From Squalus acanthias (lineage: Eukaryota), in the NCBI GenBank assembly GCA_030390025.1, contig CM059429.1:37510001-37574000 (forward strand): a stretch of 64,000 nucleotides of DNA, given 5' to 3'. The translations under genes and the position numbers were made by a program. Numbering within the stretch: the stretch's first letter is position 1; each line of letters opens with the position of its first letter. Positions 59,286 to 64,000 of this stretch are shown one piece after another. The notes beneath the pieces are model-generated. The model saw only the letters and a program-made list of their open reading frames with translations, was not told the origin of the DNA and did not search any database.

Positions 59286-59707
59286 TTTTAAAACAAGAAC
59301 TTGGATAAAGATTCAATAAGTCAAGTAGCAGACAACAAAAACTTAAGAAAAAAGGTACACAGGAGCTCACACATTTACCCTAACATAACGATATTAAACG
59401 GCAGTAATACAAAAGTTGCATCTCAACTATAACATCAAGCAGTTGAATGGGAAAAGTTGGGGGGAGGGAATCACAGGAACATTGTCCCTTTTAAGACATT
59501 TTAAGGCCCCTACATGTGTCATTTAATTGCCCCTGCATCACTTATGGGATACTCACTTGTATACAGCCTTGGGTCACCATTGTGTAAGGAAGTTCAATGC
59601 ATTGGCCTTGTGAACAGTCATACATGGAGAAAGCTTGAAACCAGCTGTTATTGTCACTCCTAGAATCCTTAGTTGTTGACTGATTGAGAACCATGTACAA
59701 GGAATAC

Positions 59708-60253
59708 GGGGCTCAATTTTAATTAGGAACGGGATTGGTGCACGGGTGCCCGGAGCAGGCAGAGCACCTGGAGGAAGAGAACGGAGCGAGGCCTGGCCAA
59801 TTTTAACTGCCATGCCTTAGTTTAATATTGCACATCTGTCTCCCGCTTGAAGCCGGTGGGAATGACGTTAAGGCAGACGGGCGGGAACGGGAATTGTGGC
59901 AGGAGCCGAATGCCACCAGGGATCTAAGGGAATGGTGTCTGGTGTAAGTTAAGTGCTGGGGGGCAGGGGTAGGGTTGCAGAGCCGATGCCAGTTGGGAAG
60001 GTCAAAGGAATGTTTCCAAAAATTTAAAAAAAACGTAACTTACCCCGGCCATTCTGCTGTCTCCTGCCAGGTTGCTCTGGTGAGTTTGCAACTAGGCAGG
60101 CCTCCCTGTAAGTTCCAGTAAAAACAACATTGTGGTGCTGATGTTATCATCTGGCTGTAACTTTAGCATTTTAATTAGGCCTGATGATAGCATCAGCGCA
60201 ACTCATTCCATGCATTGTTTCAGTGGTGTTGGGTGGGGGTTAAAATTGACCAC
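59708..60253. mobile_element. Probable Harbinger-like MITE
   Basis: GGGGCTCAATTTTAA...TTAAAATTGACCAC imperfect inverted ends; GC-rich interior. Confidence 0.6.
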
Positions 60254-61464
60254 ATCATTTTATAATGAAGCATCTGGTAGCAGTTAAGAGATGGGAATAC
60301 CAATCAGATGGCTGATCCTTTGATCCACCATTCTTGAGTAGGCTTCAGTTGAGATTTACTAAAAAATTGCAGCTTTTGGAATAATGATAGACCTGTTGAA
60401 CTACTGTCATTAAGGTTTATTGTGCAAGAGCTCAGACGAACCAATCATTTCGGCAAAAGGGAACATTCAATTATCACTCACAATGCAGCAGTTATCTCTG
60501 TTACATTGTGACTCTGACAATTGAATGTGATAAAGCCTCTGGGCATTTTCATTAGTTAATAGGTATATTTTTCCTTTGTGGCACTTACATGTTATGATGA
60601 TATTGAAATAAACATGTTTGTGATCTTTAATGGTCATCCTGGCCGTACTATTAGAATATCTAACATTATGGTCATTTGTAACTTTGCCTTTTTTGGGAAA
60701 GTTCTAGCACTTTAGTCCAGGATGTTCTGTAACCTCCCAGACTTTTGGGGACAACATATATAGTCTAATTTCTCTTTTTGCTACTGAGATTGTCAACACT
60801 ACTCCAAATAGCATTTACTTTTACCATAAATGTCTAAGTTCTCTCAGATTGAGTTTGTTCATTTTTCTTCCAACTTGGGTTAGTTGAGTTAATTTTAAAG
60901 CATCTTTGCAAGTCCAGGCAAACCTGACAGGTGCCCACGGGTTGATTTCCTATCTGCAGCAATTTCAGTTGAAGAATGCAGCCATAATTTGAATTATTTT
61001 ATTGGGGAATTTGAGACTGTTAAACTGGGAAGTCAAGTAGATTGGTCACAGGACAGGATCTCTCTTTTCCTGCCAATTACTTTCCTCTTTCTCTTGAAGG
61101 GTTATTGAAAATAATTCTTATACAGAAAAAATCTGCATCAACTTCTGTAAAGTTGACCTTTACTCAATTATTAAATAATATCTGCTTTCAGATAATATTA
61201 TTAAACTAGTTTTGGATTTACATCCTTCAATAATAAAGTTTTCCATAATTCTTTATATATTCTTGGATCGTGCATTTTAGAATTTAGTGTGAAATTAGAC
61301 ACACATCTGAGCGATTGCTTGCAGGCAGTTGTCTCAGTTAGGGATCGGGAGGTGGGTCCAGGTATATAACCTATAAATACAGCATCACTAAAACAGTCCA
61401 TGCTAGCATATTCTTTCTGTATGGCTCCTAAGGTTTACTCAATGTTTATTTACTGTAATAGTAT

Positions 61465-61825
61465 CAGGGGTCACAAATTTTAGTTGTATAAGGCCAGATC
61501 TAGGTTAGATGTCAGGAGGTGGTTCTTTTCCCAGAGAATAGTGGACCTCTGGAACAGGCTGCCGTCTCGTGCGGTGGATGCCGATTCGCTGAATTCCTTC
61601 AAGCGAGAGCTGGACCGGTTTCTGGTTGGGGCGGAGATCACCTCTTACAGAAAGTAGGTACTGCAGGAATTCAGGGCCAGAGTGATCTCCTGGACTAGTT
61701 TCGATCGCCTAGATAGGTCTGAGAGGAATTTCCCAGATTTTTTTTCCCAAATTGGCCTGGATTTTTAAATTTATTTTGCCTCTCCCAGATCACCACATGG
61801 TTTCGGGTGGGTGGAGTGTATATAT
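61465..61825 (+). mobile_element. CR1 LINE extreme 3' fragment
   Basis: RGH...RLDVRRWFFSQRIVDLWNRLP...SFKRELD C-terminus plus 3'UTR, cut by the adjacent LINE. Confidence 0.85.
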
Positions 61826-64000
61826 TTTTTAAATTCATTCCTGGGATGTGGGCGTCGCTGGCAAGGCCAGCATTTATTGCCCATCCCTAATTGCCCTCGA
61901 GAAGGTGGTGGTGAGCCACCTTCTTGAACCGCTGCAGTCCGCGTGGTGAAGGTACTCCCATAATGCTGTTAGGGAGGGAGTTCCAGGATTTTGACCCAGT
62001 GACGATGAAGGAACAGCGATATATTTTCAAGTCAGATGGCGTGTGACTTGGAGGAGAACTTGGAGGAGAACTTGGAGGTGGTGGTGTTCCCATGCAGCTG
62101 CTGCCCTTGTCCTTCTAGGTGGTAGAGGTCGTGGGTTTGGGAGGTGTTGTTGAAGAAGCCTTGGCGAGTTGCTGCAGTGCATCTTGTAGATGGTACACAC
62201 TGCAGCCACGGTGCACCAGTGGTGGAGGGAGTGAATGTTTAAGGTGATGGATGGGGTGCTGATCAAGCGGGCTGCTTTGTCCTGGATGGTGTTGAGCTTC
62301 TTGAGTGTTGTTGGAGCTGTACTCATCCAGGCAAGTGGAGAGTATTCCATCACACTCCTTACTTGTGCCTTGTAAGTGGTGGAAACACTTTGAGGAGTCA
62401 AAAGGTGAGACACTCGCCACAGAATACCCAGCCTCTGACCTGCTCTTGTAGCCACAGTATTTATGTGGCTGGTCCAGTTAAGTTTCTGATCAATGGTAAC
62501 CCCCAGGATGTTGATGTTGGGGAATTCAGCGATGGTAATGCTGTTGAATGTCAAGGGGCGGTGGTTAGACGCTCTCTTGTTGGAGATAGTCATTGCCTAG
62601 CACTTGTGTGGCATGAATGTTACTTGCCATTTATCAGCCAAAGCCTGAATGTCGCCCAGGTCTTGCTGCATGCGGGCATAGACTGCTTCATTATCTGAGG
62701 AGTTGCGAATGGAACTAAACACTGTGCAATCATCAGCAAACATCCCCATTTCTGACCTTATGTTGGATGGAAGGTCATTGATGAAGCAGCTAAAGATGGC
62801 TGGGCCTAGGACACTGCCCTGAGGAACTCCTGCAGCGATGTCCTGGGGCTGTGATGATTGACCTCCAACAACCACAACCATCTTCCTTTGTGCTAGGTAT
62901 GACTCCAGCCAGTGGAGAGTCTTTCCCCTGATTCCCATTGACTTCATTTTTACTAGGGCTCCTTGATGCCACACTCGGTCAAATGCTGCCATGATGTCAA
63001 GGGCATTCACTCTCACCTCACCTCTGGAATTCAGCTCTTTTGTCCATGTTTGGACCAAGGCTGTAATGAGGTCAGGAGCAGAGTAGTCCTGGCAAAACCC
63101 AAACTGGGCATCAGTGAGCAGGTTATTGGTGAGTAAGTGCCGCTTGATAGCACTGTTGATGACACCTTCCATCACTTTGCTGATGATTGCGAGTAGACTG
63201 ATGGGGCGGTAATTGGCCAGATTGGATTTGTTCTGCTTTCTGGGGACAGGACATACCTGGGCAGTTTTCCACATTGTCGGATAGATGGCAGTGTTATAGC
63301 TGTACTGGAAGAACTTGACTAGTTCTGGAGCACAAGTCTTCAGCATGACAGCCAGGATGGTTGTCAGGGCTCTCAGCCTTTGCTGTATCTAGTGCGCTCA
63401 GCCATTTCTTGATATCACGTGGAGTGGTCACTGCTACCAATACTGTCATGGACAGATGCATCTGAAATAGGTAGATTGGTGAGGATGAGGTCAAGTCAGT
63501 TTTTCCCTTGTGTTGGTTCTCTCGCCACCTGCTGCAGGCCCAGTCTGGCAGCTATGTCCTTCAGGACTCAACCAGCTCGGTCAGTAGTTGTGCTGCTCTT
63601 GGTGATGAACACTGAAGTCCCCCACCCAGAATATGTTCTATGCCCTTGCTACTCTCAGTGCTTCTTCCAAGTGGTGTTCAACATGGAGGAGTACTGATTC
63701 ATCAGCTGAGGGAGGGTAGTAGGTGGTAATCAGCAGGTTTCCTTGCCTCTGCTTGACCTGATTCCATGAGACGCCATGAGTTAATGTTGAGGACTCCCAG
63801 GGCCATTCCCTCCCGCCTGTATACCACTGTCCTGCCACCTCTGGTCGGTTCTGCCGGTGGGACAGGACATACCCAGGGATGGTGATGGAGGAGTCTGGGA
63901 CATGGCAGAAAGGTATGATTCTGTTAGTAGGACTATGTCAGGCTGTTGGTTGACAAGTCTGTGGGACAGCTTTCCCAATTTTGGCACAAGTTCCCAGATG
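61826..64000 (-). mobile_element. CR1-group (Zenon-like) LINE, second copy, runs off the window
   Basis: ORFs 62597-63346 (NYRPISLL, GVPQGSVLGP, MFADD) and 62027-62593; colinear with 8810-11763 apart from an internal deletion near 63425. Confidence 0.92.

Overview
Eukaryotic (vertebrate) non-coding DNA. The repeat inventory (CR1, L2 and Zenon-like CR1 LINEs, Penelope-like elements, Deu-domain SINEs, PIF/Harbinger and hAT MITEs) is what I associate with cartilaginous fish (shark) genomes; the taxon is an inference. No host protein-coding gene, rRNA, tRNA or CRISPR array could be supported, and every long ORF is transposon-derived. Most notable: (1) minimal type-I hammerhead ribozymes in two different Penelope-like families, with compensatory changes in all three stems and one core-intact copy at 44883-44919; (2) a five-element nested insertion stack at 41.1-48.9 kb resolvable from target-site duplications (TSDs); (3) a CpG-rich 1.63-kb probable solo LTR with a 44-bp-period repeat; (4) an hAT MITE inserted in frame into a LINE RT ORF; (5) a second nest (hAT > Harbinger MITE > SINE) at 55-56.8 kb. 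I did not find evidence for a wholly new biological system. Family names rest on motif recognition, not database searches, and boundaries without a TSD are approximate.
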